A stretch of DNA of 64,000 nt from a virus. Lineage: Duplodnaviria > Caudoviricetes. Each line of letters begins with the position of its first letter. The first letter of the stretch is position 1. The notes beneath the pieces were generated by a model that searched no databases, was not told where the DNA came from, and saw only the letters and a list, made by a program, of their open reading frames with translations. Positions 9,500-18,284 of this stretch are shown here, piece by piece. A program made the position numbers and the translations under genes. Location: the IMG/VR virus record IMGVR_UViG_3300033070_000552, positions 1 to 64,000 of that record; one strand, given 5' to 3'.

Positions 9500-10134
9500 G
9501 GATCAAGATCCTCCGAGACGACGGTAGACCCCCTGGCGGTACGGGAAACCCGATGCACCCGGTGGGCGCGGAGCGAGACGTCGGGCTCGTGCGAGACGAT
9601 GAGCATTTGCAACCCGCACTCGTCGCAGAGGCGACGGAGCATCTCGGCGGCGGCGGGGAGGTATTCGTCCGAGAGGTGCTTGAGTGGTTCGTCGGCGATG
9701 AGAATGGGTCGAAGTTGGGGTCGACGGGCAAGCAGCACCGAGACCCGCAGGGCGAGAGAGAGAACATCGACGACCCCGCCCGCCACGCGATCGACCCCAA
9801 TATACGCGAACGTGCCGTCGGGCTGGGCGAATCCGATCTCGGGCTTGATCGCCACGATCCCGCGAAGGACCGAGACGTCGAAGCGGAATGAGATACGCGG
9901 GCCGAACACGGCGCGGAGAGCGGCGACGACGATCCGCTCGACGCGAACCCTGACATCCTCGCGACGGCGGTCGGCGAGCTTGGTGAGCAGCGAATGAGCC
10001 CCCGACGATGTTTCGGCGATCTTTCGCGCCGCGAGAACCTTGGCCTTGGCATCGGTCGCGGTCTGGTGGAGCGACTGAACCCGTTGCTCGTGGCGAACGA
10101 GATCGAACACAAGCTGATCGATGGGGCCGGTCAT
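9496..10134 (-). CDS. sbcC: SbcC/Rad50 ATPase C-terminal half (coiled coil, signature, Walker B, H-loop)
   Basis: AGGVVDVLSLALR signature, ILIADEP Walker B/D-loop, LIVSHE H-loop; no Walker A. Confidence 0.85.
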   Translation of the reverse strand: MTGPIDQLVFDLVRHEQRVQSLHQTATDAKAKVLAARKIAETSSGAHSLLTKLADRRREDVRVRVERIVVAALRAVFGPRISFRFDVSVLRGIVAIKPEIGFAQPDGTFAYIGVDRVAGGVVDVLSLALRVSVLLARRPQLRPILIADEPLKHLSDEYLPAAAEMLRRLCDECGLQMLIVSHEPDVSLRAHRVHRVSRTARGSTVVSEDLDP

Positions 10135-10316
10135 TGGGTTTGTTCCTTGCCCGACATATCGAGAATCGCACTTACCATCCCGCACCCCATACAGACCGAG
10201 GTGACGCGACGGTTGCACACGATCGTCGTCATCGGCGAGCCGTTCAATATCCGCACCCGCTTGGGGTCGACAGCGTAGTCGTGGCGGAACATGAACGCGA
10301 GCAGTCGGCGGATCAT
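10131..10316 (-). CDS. small hypothetical protein (Cys-containing)
   Basis: 61 aa; start and stop overlap both neighbours. Confidence 0.5.
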   Translation of the reverse strand: MIRRLLAFMFRHDYAVDPKRVRILNGSPMTTIVCNRRVTSVCMGCGMVSAILDMSGKEQTQ

Positions 10317-10645
10317 TGAGGGGTCTCCGCTACCGGGGTCGCGTCGATCGGTACGTCTGCCGCAGCGACGATGTCCCGGGCCTGCGCCAAGCTCACTTGG
10401 TCGCGTTGCTCGTCCGTTTCTTCCGGGATGTTGAAAGCGCGAACCTCGTACCCGGCGTCAATCAGGGCGTGATACCGGGCATCGCGATCAGACCCCTCGT
10501 TGAACACCTCGGACCTCCACGGGCTGCGAATCGACGCGCCCGAATACACGAGCCCGAACAGTTGGGGGCACAGATACGCATCGGCCTTGACCGTGATGCC
10601 GGTTTCAACCTCAACCGGAAATAACGCGTTTCGCTTCTTGCTCAT
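10313..10645 (-). CDS. hypothetical protein
   Basis: 110 aa, translationally coupled to neighbours. Confidence 0.55.
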   Translation of the reverse strand: MSKKRNALFPVEVETGITVKADAYLCPQLFGLVYSGASIRSPWRSEVFNEGSDRDARYHALIDAGYEVRAFNIPEETDEQRDQVSLAQARDIVAAADVPIDATPVAETPQ

Positions 10646-10959
10646 TGGGTGATCGCTCCTTGGAGTTTGCGGCGGGCCTCGCGGGCGAGCCCGTCGACGG
10701 TGACCGCGAGCGAGTCGGCCTTGGTCGTCGCCTCCTGGGCGGCGGCCTTGATCGCCTCGATCGACGCGGCGGGGTTCTCGGGATCGACATCGACCCCAAG
10801 CTCGGCGGCCCGGGCGATCGCCTCGGATACCCGGGTCTTGGCCGACGTGAGGTCGTCGCGGGCCCCGTCGACTTCGAGCCGGGCGGTCTTGAGAAGCCCG
10901 AGCAGAACCGTGGGGTCGGGGGCGGCGGGCTTGGGGGTGGGTTTGGTGGGTGGGGGCAT
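10642..10959 (-). CDS. hypothetical coiled-coil protein
   Basis: ATG 10959 with GGGAG SD, downstream of a GGGAACGTCT motif and a GATATC-N5-GATATC site. Confidence 0.6.
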   Translation of the reverse strand: MPPPTKPTPKPAAPDPTVLLGLLKTARLEVDGARDDLTSAKTRVSEAIARAAELGVDVDPENPAASIEAIKAAAQEATTKADSLAVTVDGLAREARRKLQGAITQ

Positions 10960-11124
10960 GGTTGGTCTCCCTGTCGGGTTGATATCCCTGCGATATCGAG
11001 GTGGCGATCGTTCAGGAGACGTTCCCGCGAGGTCGATCCTCCAAAAACAAAACTCCCCGCGACAGGGAGTCACGGGGAGCCGGAGCCCGGTATGGACGAC
11101 GAATCACATCCCGAGCAGTAAACC

Positions 11125-12246
11125 TTAGGCCTCGAACCGCTGGCGTGCGACCTCCAGCTCCTTGCGGACCATCGTGCTATCCATCTTGGCGGCGGCCTTC
11201 TGGATCGCGGCCTCAAGGTCGTAGCGGGCGAAGGACTGGACGTTGGCGGTGATCTGGATCTCAAGGCAGATCAGCATCCCCTCCTCGGTCTTACGCAGCA
11301 TCCCGCGAATCCCACTCTCGGTGGCGTTGGTGGCCTCGGCGTCGAGCGGGGCCTTCTCGACCGGGCGTCCAGCCCGTGTGCGTCCCGGGGCTCGCTCGGA
11401 CCTGGACTGCTTGGGGAGAACCTCCTCGACATCCTCGGCGGCGATCTTCCCGGCCTTGCCAAGCTTGCCCTTGACCGCGTTGCGAACCTGCTCAAGGGCC
11501 GACGCCTGGGCGTCGTGGTCGGGGCACCGCTGGACGATCGCGACACCGGCGTCGAGGGAAAGCTCGCCCGAGGCGATCGCGTCGGAGACCGGGCTCGACG
11601 CCTTGTTGGCGATCGTCACCGACCGGTTGAGGATCGAGGTTGAGACGCCGATCCGGTTGGCGAGTTCCTTTTCCGATCCGGCGTGGCCGATCCTGATCGC
11701 CTCGATCGCCGCCTTGCCAAGCTCGACCGGCGTCATGTTCGTGCGAACGAGGTTCTCGGCGAGCCCGGCGATGGTCGCGGCGGCCTCGGCGGCGCTGATC
11801 GCGTTGCCCTTGGCATCGGTGGCGAAACGTGCGGGGATGGTCTTGCGGCCGAGCTTGCGGTAGGCGAGTACGCGGGTGTTGCCCGAGATCAGATTCATCT
11901 CGGCGTCGACGATCACGGCGTTCTGAAGGCCGATCTTGCTGATCGACTTCGCCATCTCGTCAACCGACTCCTCGGAAGGCATGCGGAGCGTGTTGAGTTT
12001 GATCTCGTCGACCGGGAACTCCCCGGCGGTGAACCCCTCGGAGGGCTCGATCGATCCGGCGGTGCTCGCGTCGGTCGCCTCGGCGTTGGCCGTCGCGGCG
12101 GCGGTGGCCTCGGCGTTGGCCGTCGCGGCGGCGGTGGCCTCGGGGTCGAGAATCGACTCGGCGGCCTCGGCGGGTCGATTGGTCGCGGCCTTCTTGGCGG
12201 ACTTGGGGGACGACCTCTTCGACGACTTCTTGGCGGACTTGGACAT
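11125..12246 (-). CDS. parB: ParB/Spo0J/KorB-family DNA-binding CTPase
   Basis: SISKIGLQNAVIVD...LISGNTRVLA (GxxR), AENLVRTNMTPVE, HTH SEKELANRIGVSTSILNR, GELSLDAG; basic/Ala-rich N-terminal arm. Confidence 0.88.
   Translation of the reverse strand: MSKSAKKSSKRSSPKSAKKAATNRPAEAAESILDPEATAAATANAEATAAATANAEATDASTAGSIEPSEGFTAGEFPVDEIKLNTLRMPSEESVDEMAKSISKIGLQNAVIVDAEMNLISGNTRVLAYRKLGRKTIPARFATDAKGNAISAAEAAATIAGLAENLVRTNMTPVELGKAAIEAIRIGHAGSEKELANRIGVSTSILNRSVTIANKASSPVSDAIASGELSLDAGVAIVQRCPDHDAQASALEQVRNAVKGKLGKAGKIAAEDVEEVLPKQSRSERAPGRTRAGRPVEKAPLDAEATNATESGIRGMLRKTEEGMLICLEIQITANVQSFARYDLEAAIQKAAAKMDSTMVRKELEVARQRFEA
12077..12143. repeat. 30-bp tandem repeat (2 copies plus partial) in the parB 5' region
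   Basis: GCCTCGGCGTTGGCCGTCGCGGCGGCGGTG x2, encoding EATAAATANA repeats. Confidence 0.9.
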
Positions 12247-12370
12247 GACAGGACTCCAGATGGTTGCCTAAGCGTTTCGCCGGGCGGCAACCGTTCCCGA
12301 CTCGGGGCTCAACATGAACCCCTCCCACCCGAATCGACTCGCGGGCGGTCAAGCCCGGGAGTCGGGAAGA

Positions 12371-12541
12371 TCAAGATTCGTGATCGTCAGCAAGTTCGCC
12401 GATGCACTTTTCGCAGTGATGGCCATCGGGGGGAATCCCGTCGATCGCGGGCTTCGTCGCCTTGATGCCGTGCTTGCACTCATAGACCGGGATATTCGTT
12501 CTGTTGGGCAATTTCTTGGCGGTGGGTTTCGTCGTCGTCAT
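12371..12541 (-). CDS. small early protein with Cys/His motifs
   Basis: AAGGAG SD; first ORF after the promoter at 12594-12621; CKHG...HHCEKC. Confidence 0.55.
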   Translation of the reverse strand: MTTTKPTAKKLPNRTNIPVYECKHGIKATKPAIDGIPPDGHHCEKCIGELADDHES

Positions 12542-12590
12542 CGTCGGGCTCCTTGGGGTCTCGGTGTCAGAGATCCATTTCCCTGACACC

Positions 12591-12694
12591 GATATGATAC
12601 AGTCTATCGGCCCGATGTCCAGCCCTTCGGCTAATTTCATGGTGAAATAAACGAGATTTCTTTGGTAGGGGTCGGGTAGGGATCTACCGACCCC
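12591..12694. repeat. ~105-bp promoter cassette, copy 1 (copy 2 at 18190-18295)
   Basis: Near-identical CCGATATGATACAGTCTATCGG...AATTTCATGGTGAAATAAACGAGATTTCTTTGGTAGGGG...GGATCTACCGACCC in both places; partial third copy at 16432-16465. Confidence 0.9.
12594..12621 (-). promoter_or_regulatory. sigma70-type early promoter
   Basis: TGGACA-N16-TATCAT; 17-bp palindrome 11 nt upstream of the -35. Confidence 0.7.
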
Positions 12695-12717
12695 CTCGCC
12701 CGGCCCTAGAACCCGCC

Positions 12718-13479
12718 CTAAGCCGTTCGCCGTCCCGAGGGCCTCCGAGCCCCGTCGTGGAACCCGATGAACCTGGCGGCCCTCCTGACGCCCGCCATGA
12801 GGGTCCTGGCGTATACCGGGTCGGTGCCAAGTGCGGCGGCGGCCTGATCGGCGTCAAACTTTCCGGTGCGAACCAAGAGGTCGAGAAGTCTCGCCTCCAT
12901 CGGCGTGAGCTTCGCGCGAATCGCCGCCATGCTCTCCGTCGATTGTTCCTGTTGGACAGCCGCATCGGCAAACGTTCCCACCGCGCGAGTGGGTTGCTTC
13001 GCGACGCCCTCCCGAAGGATTCGGTCGCGGCGGCCCCTCACCTCGATCTGCTTGCGGAACCACATGCGGGCGAAGCCGACGATGAACGAATCGACCGACG
13101 CGAGGGTCGGGTTGTATCGGAGGTGGGCCGCGACCTCGACGATGCGGGCGACGACATCAATCGCGATCTCGGTGGCGTCGACCGAGTGGGCGTCGGGGGT
13201 CGGTTGGCTGGTACGTTTACCGAGGCGGCCGTTGCCCATCGCCGGGACGTGGCCGCCCGACTGCCCGTGGCCGGTCTTGCCCATCGTGAGGTACCGCTTA
13301 TAGATCCTCGCGATCGTGCCACGCTGAACCAACGCCCGCTCGATGAGCATCTCGACGGTGAGCTTGGCGGGCCTCGGGTTGCGAGTGATGCGTTCTTCGA
13401 ACGATGTCACGCGGGCGTTGGGAAGGGTGTACCCAAAAGATCGAGGCGGTGCAATAGCTGTGGTGGTGGTCGTCGTCAT
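12718..13479 (-). CDS. sigma70/ECF-like transcription factor (divergent)
   Basis: Region-2-like ATEIAIDVVARIVEVAAHLRYNPTLASVDSFIVGFARMWFR; region-4-like KLTPMEARLLDLLVRTGKFDADQAAAALGTDPVYARTLM HTH; GGAG SD. Confidence 0.55.
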   Translation of the reverse strand: MTTTTTTAIAPPRSFGYTLPNARVTSFEERITRNPRPAKLTVEMLIERALVQRGTIARIYKRYLTMGKTGHGQSGGHVPAMGNGRLGKRTSQPTPDAHSVDATEIAIDVVARIVEVAAHLRYNPTLASVDSFIVGFARMWFRKQIEVRGRRDRILREGVAKQPTRAVGTFADAAVQQEQSTESMAAIRAKLTPMEARLLDLLVRTGKFDADQAAAALGTDPVYARTLMAGVRRAARFIGFHDGARRPSGRRTA

Positions 13480-13529
13480 TGTCGGGCTCCAGAGTGAAAC
13501 GTGAAAGGGTGAAACGGACGGACTTAAAT

Positions 13530-13799
13530 CTAGGCTCGCTTCTTGGGTGGGGGAACTATCCTCGTTGGTGCTTTGATGATCGGCGGCGGGCGCTTGATCT
13601 TGACGGGCGTTTCGGGCGTCGTGATCTTCGAAGTCTTGACCGTGGCGCGGATCGTCATCTCCCCCGAGTGCCTGGTTGGCGACCCGCCGATCTCGGCCAT
13701 CGTGGGGACCGGGCGGCCCCCGATCCACGCGATGATCTGTTGGACCTGTTGCGAGTTGCAGACAACCGGGGGAACGAACTGGTCATTAGGGATAGGCAC
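13530..13799 (-). CDS. hypothetical Pro-rich protein
   Basis: 89 aa in the early operon; GGAG SD. Confidence 0.45.
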   Translation of the reverse strand: MPIPNDQFVPPVVCNSQQVQQIIAWIGGRPVPTMAEIGGSPTRHSGEMTIRATVKTSKITTPETPVKIKRPPPIIKAPTRIVPPPKKRA

Positions 13800-14037
13800 G
13801 CTTGGGGCTCCTCTTTTTGCGAACGCGGAACTGCACGAGGTTCTTGAGCGACTTGGGGTTGGTGTTGCCCGGGCGAGGACCGCGACGGCCTTCGAGAGCG
13901 GCGATCGATGCCGGATTGATCTTGTGGCCGACGGCGTTGGTGTTGCCCTTCATCGCCTCGGAAAGTTTGCGGCGGTGGTCGTCGGGAAGTGGCCCCCTCT
14001 TCTTACGGGGCTTGCGGGGCGGAGGGGTCTTGCTCAT
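13786..14037 (-). CDS. small basic NUMOD3-motif DNA-binding protein
   Basis: DHRRKLSEAMKGNTNAVGHK matches the NUMOD3 pattern; no nuclease domain. Confidence 0.6.
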   Translation of the reverse strand: MSKTPPPRKPRKKRGPLPDDHRRKLSEAMKGNTNAVGHKINPASIAALEGRRGPRPGNTNPKSLKNLVQFRVRKKRSPKRAYP

Positions 14038-14240
14038 CGAATCGATCCCCTCCTCGCGTGGCCGATCACGCGAACGATTGCGGCGAGAAGAACCCCGCCA
14101 CCGATCAGCACGATCGTGGTCGCGTGAACGACGGCGGGGAGGTCGATCAACGACATCGCCAGTAGTGCGAGCAGCACGACGGCGAGGACGATATCGAGAA
14201 CGATGTGAGGAATGTACTGGATCAAGGTCGGGAGTCTCAT
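14034..14240 (-). CDS. small membrane protein (2 TM)
   Basis: Two hydrophobic stretches in 68 aa; 17-bp palindrome directly upstream. Confidence 0.55.
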   Translation of the reverse strand: MRLPTLIQYIPHIVLDIVLAVVLLALLAMSLIDLPAVVHATTIVLIGGGVLLAAIVRVIGHARRGSIR

Positions 14241-14273
14241 GGGTTTATTTCCTGGTGAAATAAGGGAAGGGAA

Positions 14274-14537
14274 TCAGAACAACAGAGTTTGCCGCCCGTC
14301 GTGGATACGGGCGGTGGGCATCGAGGCGAGTACCCGTCGGGCGGCCCCGATCGAGAACCCGTAGGCCATGTCGGGCGAGGTCGTCATCTCGGGTGAGGGC
14401 GTGCCGTCCTTGACCCAGTAGCCGTTCCCCTTGTACGAATACCCGATCGGTGAGGCGACGAATCTGATCTCGCGGCCCCGGCCCGAGATCACGATAAACG
14501 ATCCTTTCTCGGCTGGGTGCTTGGTGGCGTCTGGCAT
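14274..14537 (-). CDS. hypothetical protein
   Basis: 87 aa, GGAG SD. Confidence 0.55.
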   Translation of the reverse strand: MPDATKHPAEKGSFIVISGRGREIRFVASPIGYSYKGNGYWVKDGTPSPEMTTSPDMAYGFSIGAARRVLASMPTARIHDGRQTLLF

Positions 14538-14585
14538 GGCGATACTCCGTTGGTGTGCAAGATTCGGTGACTTGTCTAAGGGCGA

Positions 14586-16154
14586 TCAGATCATGTCCAT
14601 GAGTTGAGAAGCGGCCCCGCTCATCAGGGAGTCGCCTGAGAACACCCTATCGGCGAACCGCTCGAACACCGGCACGGCCGCTCGGGCGTCGGCAGATACC
14701 GCGAGGGCGTAGAAGGTAACGCCGTGGGCCTTGCGGATTCTTTCGACCCGGTCCTTGGTTGCGTCGGATACGGTGCTGAACCCGTCGGTAATCATCATCA
14801 CGTCGGCCCCGGGCATCCGGCCCTTCTCCAAGGTATCCATCGCCTCGTTGAGCGGCGCGTCGAAGAGGGTACCGCCGCCCAAACCCCGGGCGGCGATCTC
14901 GGCGAGCTTGGCCGTCGCCACCGGCATCCCGTTGACGCGGCGGGCGATGTCCTTGGGGCTGATCTCGACGCGGTGGGTGACTCTATCTTGGAAGAACAGC
15001 ACCTTGACCGACCGGCCCTCGCGGAGCATCGCGTGGGCGATCGCGATCGTCAGGCCCTTGGCCTCGGCCTCGCGGGTGAGGCCGTCGGGGGCGTTGCGGC
15101 CGACCTTGGCGGACATCGAGCCCGACTCGTCGAGCAGGATGATCACGTCGCCCCTGATCGCGGATTCTTTCTGGTCGACCTCGATCTGGTCCATCGAGTC
15201 GTCGGCGTAGCGGGCGAGACCGATCACGTCGTTGGCGTCGGCGAGGGCGGCGAGTTCTTCGTCGAGCAGCCGATCGATCTCCGAGCCCTGCCCGACCTCG
15301 GCGACCTCGCCCGAGTCGGTGCGGAACTTGCGGGCCTGCTTCTCGGCGCGGTCCTGGACCAGCTTCCCGATGATCTTGAGCAACTCCATAAACGCCGGGC
15401 CGGACTTCTGCGCGAGCTTGGCGAGCTGCATCCGGGCGGCGATGTCCATCGAGTCGGACGGGTCAAACGAGCCGATCCCGAAGGCGTTACCCGTCGACTT
15501 GGCGGCCGATGCGTCGGCGATCCCCGCCCCTACACCCTTGGCGACGGCGGTGGATATCTGCTGGCCCCGATCGCGGATCTCGTTCTGGAGGGCGACGTAC
15601 GCCGATCCCGCCTTGGCCTTGGCCTTATCGCGGGCGGCGCGGGCATCGGCGATCTCCTCGGCGGTTGAGCCGCCGTCATCGGCGAGCTGCTGGGCGTAGG
15701 TCGCCGCGTCCTCGGCCTCCTCGCGGGCCTTTCGTTCGGCCTCGGCCCTGGCTTTGAGTTCCTGGGGGAGCAGTTCGGCGATTGCGGTGGTGAGGGCGGT
15801 AGCGCCAAGGGCCGACGCAACCTCGTCGGAGACGGTGTACTCGCGAAGCTCGGGGAACCGATCGTCGGCCATCGCCCGGGCCATGACCTCCTTGGCGAGT
15901 GGGAGCCCCATCGTCGAGGGCCGGGGGTCGCGGCGGAACATGGAGGCGAACCCGTCGAACAGAAACGTCGCGGCGTCGGTTTGAGGCGTCGAGAGCGAGC
16001 GGGCTATGCGGCCCGCCGCCTCGATGAGAACCGGGGCGGCGTCGGCGGCGCGGCCGAACACCAGATCGTCGAGTCGGGTATACGTCATCGCCTGGCGGGT
16101 GGGGGTCGGGTGGAAGTCGGTGAGTGCGTGTCGGGGGGCGAGGGCGGTGGTCAC
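14586..16154 (-). CDS. VWA (von Willebrand A) domain protein, ViaA/CoxE-like
   Basis: ILLDESGSM MIDAS, GGGTLFDAPL, VMMITDG; helical N-terminus; two genes downstream of a MoxR ATPase. Start GTG 16154 or ATG 16088. Confidence 0.85.
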   Translation of the reverse strand: MTTALAPRHALTDFHPTPTRQAMTYTRLDDLVFGRAADAAPVLIEAAGRIARSLSTPQTDAATFLFDGFASMFRRDPRPSTMGLPLAKEVMARAMADDRFPELREYTVSDEVASALGATALTTAIAELLPQELKARAEAERKAREEAEDAATYAQQLADDGGSTAEEIADARAARDKAKAKAGSAYVALQNEIRDRGQQISTAVAKGVGAGIADASAAKSTGNAFGIGSFDPSDSMDIAARMQLAKLAQKSGPAFMELLKIIGKLVQDRAEKQARKFRTDSGEVAEVGQGSEIDRLLDEELAALADANDVIGLARYADDSMDQIEVDQKESAIRGDVIILLDESGSMSAKVGRNAPDGLTREAEAKGLTIAIAHAMLREGRSVKVLFFQDRVTHRVEISPKDIARRVNGMPVATAKLAEIAARGLGGGTLFDAPLNEAMDTLEKGRMPGADVMMITDGFSTVSDATKDRVERIRKAHGVTFYALAVSADARAAVPVFERFADRVFSGDSLMSGAASQLMDMI

Positions 16155-16396
16155 AGGGCACCTCCCGATACCGTCGAGGAGTGGCGAAGCCCGGCAAGCG
16201 ACTGCTCGTAGAGGTACAAACCGCGTTCGAGGCACTGCTTGTTGCTGATCGTCACGAGCCCGTCGCGGCCCGTGCGGACCTTGATGTCGTAGGTCGCGAG
16301 CGGTGTAAGGGTGAGGGAAACAACCTCGACCCGCTGAAATACGTTTCCGACGTGGTTCGTGTATCGCTTCCCGAGTCTGGCTTTCGTCGTCGTCAT
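16151..16396 (-). CDS. hypothetical early protein
   Basis: 81 aa; first ORF after the promoter at 16437-16465. Confidence 0.55.
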   Translation of the reverse strand: MTTTKARLGKRYTNHVGNVFQRVEVVSLTLTPLATYDIKVRTGRDGLVTISNKQCLERGLYLYEQSLAGLRHSSTVSGGAL

Positions 16397-16436
16397 TGGC
16401 GGGCTCCCTGTGGCGGGGTCCTATCCCCGTCCCGAT

Positions 16437-16465
16437 ATGATACGGTCTATTCGGGGCCAAGTCCA
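16437..16465 (-). promoter_or_regulatory. sigma70-type early promoter
   Basis: TGGACT-N17-TATCAT; GATATC-N5-GATATC site 12 nt upstream, inside a long inverted repeat. Confidence 0.65.
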
Positions 16466-16516
16466 GTCCCCGCCGTCGATATCCCTGCGATATCGACGGC
16501 GGGGCCGGAAGGGGGC

Positions 16517-17818
16517 TTATCCGACAACGGGGGCGTCAAGCTCGCGGACCTTGGCGATCGCGTCGGCCTTGCCGATGCACACCGCCCCGACCGCGTCCTT
16601 GAGCCGGGCGATCGCCGAGGAGGCAACGGCGAGCTGCTCGCGGTCGCTGTCGGTCTCGACCATCTTCGACTCGACGACCTGGAGCAGCCCCTCCTGCTGG
16701 TTGATTTGGGCGAGCGCCTTGGTCGCGGCGGCAGCGGCGGCAGTGGCGTCGTTGGCCGATCCCGCCGCGTCGAGAATCATCCGGCGGCCCGACCATGCCG
16801 CGTCGATCGCCTCGCGGAGTACCCGCTCGATGGGGTTGAGGAAGTTCACGATCTCGGAGCGGACCTGCCCGATCTCCTCGTGGGTCGACCACATCACCGG
16901 CTCGATCGCCTGGAGGTCGGTCCGGGCGGCGGTGGATCGGCCCGCGAGGGCGGCCGATGCGCGGATAATCCGAATGCACTGCGACCAGCGGCGGTCGCTG
17001 GGGCGGATGCCCTTGGCCCGCAGAACCCCGCGAAGCTCGGAGAGAACCTCGATCAGCCCCTCGGGGACCACGACGGCGGATACCAGCCGATCAAGCTCGG
17101 CGAAGTCGGCGTCGGTCATGGTCACGGGCGGCTTGCCGGGGGTGGGGCGATCTCGCACCAGCCGGAGCATGTCGGTAAAGGTCGTGTCGTCGAGCGAGTC
17201 GACCATCATCTTGAGCGGGAACCTGTCGTAGAACGCGGCGAGGGTCGCGGGGTCCTCGGGGAACTCGTTGGAGGCCCCGACGATCATCCGGGTCGGGCAG
17301 TCGATCCAGGTCGAGCCGTTGCGGAACTTCCTCTCGTTGGCGATGCGGAGGAGGGCGTTCAAGATCGCGCTGCTGGCCTTGAACACTTCGTCCAAGAACC
17401 CGACCTTGGCCTCGGGAAGAAACCCGCCGGTCGCGACCCGCATCTTCGCCTCGTCGCGGAGGGCGATCACGTCCGTCGGACCAAAGACCTCGGCGGGCTT
17501 TGAGAACTTGGTCATCAGGATATCGAAGAAGTCATCGGGGATCGGGCAGAACGCCCGCGACATGAGGTCGACCATCATCGTCTTGGCGGTGCCGGGCACC
17601 CCGAGGAGGAGCACGTTGCTCTTGGAGGCGAGGGCGAGGGTGAGGAGATTGATCTCCTTGGTGCGCCCGCACACCCGGGCGTTCGCCCAATCGCGGATCG
17701 CCGCGAGCTTGGCGATCGGCCCCGCGAGGGGTGGCGCGGCGGGGGCGGGCTTCTTGCCGGTGGGTGGGCCGATGCGGGCGGGTGGCTTGATCGAGGCTGT
17801 GGATCGGATCGTCGTCAT
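16517..17818 (-). CDS. MoxR-family AAA+ ATPase (RavA-like)
   Basis: VLLLGVPGTAKT Walker A, KPAEVFGP, FLDEVFKASSAILNALL, GASNE, AFYDRF. Confidence 0.92.
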   Translation of the reverse strand: MTTIRSTASIKPPARIGPPTGKKPAPAAPPLAGPIAKLAAIRDWANARVCGRTKEINLLTLALASKSNVLLLGVPGTAKTMMVDLMSRAFCPIPDDFFDILMTKFSKPAEVFGPTDVIALRDEAKMRVATGGFLPEAKVGFLDEVFKASSAILNALLRIANERKFRNGSTWIDCPTRMIVGASNEFPEDPATLAAFYDRFPLKMMVDSLDDTTFTDMLRLVRDRPTPGKPPVTMTDADFAELDRLVSAVVVPEGLIEVLSELRGVLRAKGIRPSDRRWSQCIRIIRASAALAGRSTAARTDLQAIEPVMWSTHEEIGQVRSEIVNFLNPIERVLREAIDAAWSGRRMILDAAGSANDATAAAAAATKALAQINQQEGLLQVVESKMVETDSDREQLAVASSAIARLKDAVGAVCIGKADAIAKVRELDAPVVG

Positions 17819-17902
17819 CGTGAGGCTCCTTGGGAATTGTGGGGCGACGCGCCCCGAGGGAATCGACCGGCGGGACTTTCGAGCCGCCGGGCGGGAGGTG
17901 GT

Positions 17903-18157
17903 TTAGTGGGCCGAGGCGACACCGGCTCGGAAGGCGAGGTCGAGGAGATCGCGAAGATTCTCGACACCGATACGAACCTCCTCGCCGGGGAATTGCTCCA
18001 TGATGTTCGTGCGGCCCCGACCCTCGGCGGCCCGGGCATAAACCGCGTTGCGGACATCCCGCTGATCGCGGCTCATGATCGAGAGCTTGATCACCCGGAT
18101 TCCATCGAGGGTGAGGTGCGTGCTGTTCGTCGTGTCGGCGGGGGTCGCGGTCGTCAT
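17903..18157 (-). CDS. hypothetical early protein
   Basis: AAGGAG SD; first ORF after the promoter at 18195-18222. Confidence 0.6.
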   Translation of the reverse strand: MTTATPADTTNSTHLTLDGIRVIKLSIMSRDQRDVRNAVYARAAEGRGRTNIMEQFPGEEVRIGVENLRDLLDLAFRAGVASAH

Positions 18158-18194
18158 GGTCGGGCTCCTTGGGTGGGACAATTCCCACGCCGAT

Positions 18195-18222
18195 ATGATA
18201 CAGTCTATCGGCGATATGTCCA
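18195..18222 (-). promoter_or_regulatory. sigma70-type early promoter
   Basis: TGGACA-N16-TATCAT; 17-bp palindrome 11 nt upstream of the -35. Confidence 0.7.
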
Positions 18223-18284
18223 GCCTCTAGTCTAATTTCATGGTGAAATAAACGAGATTTCTTTGGTAGGGGGTCGGTAGGGAT

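Noticed and set aside
12663-12695. Hairpins in the repeated cassette (also 18264-18296) as classical intrinsic terminators
   Set aside because: No U-tract follows on the coding strand (it is A-rich instead). They may still pause or terminate, but are not called.
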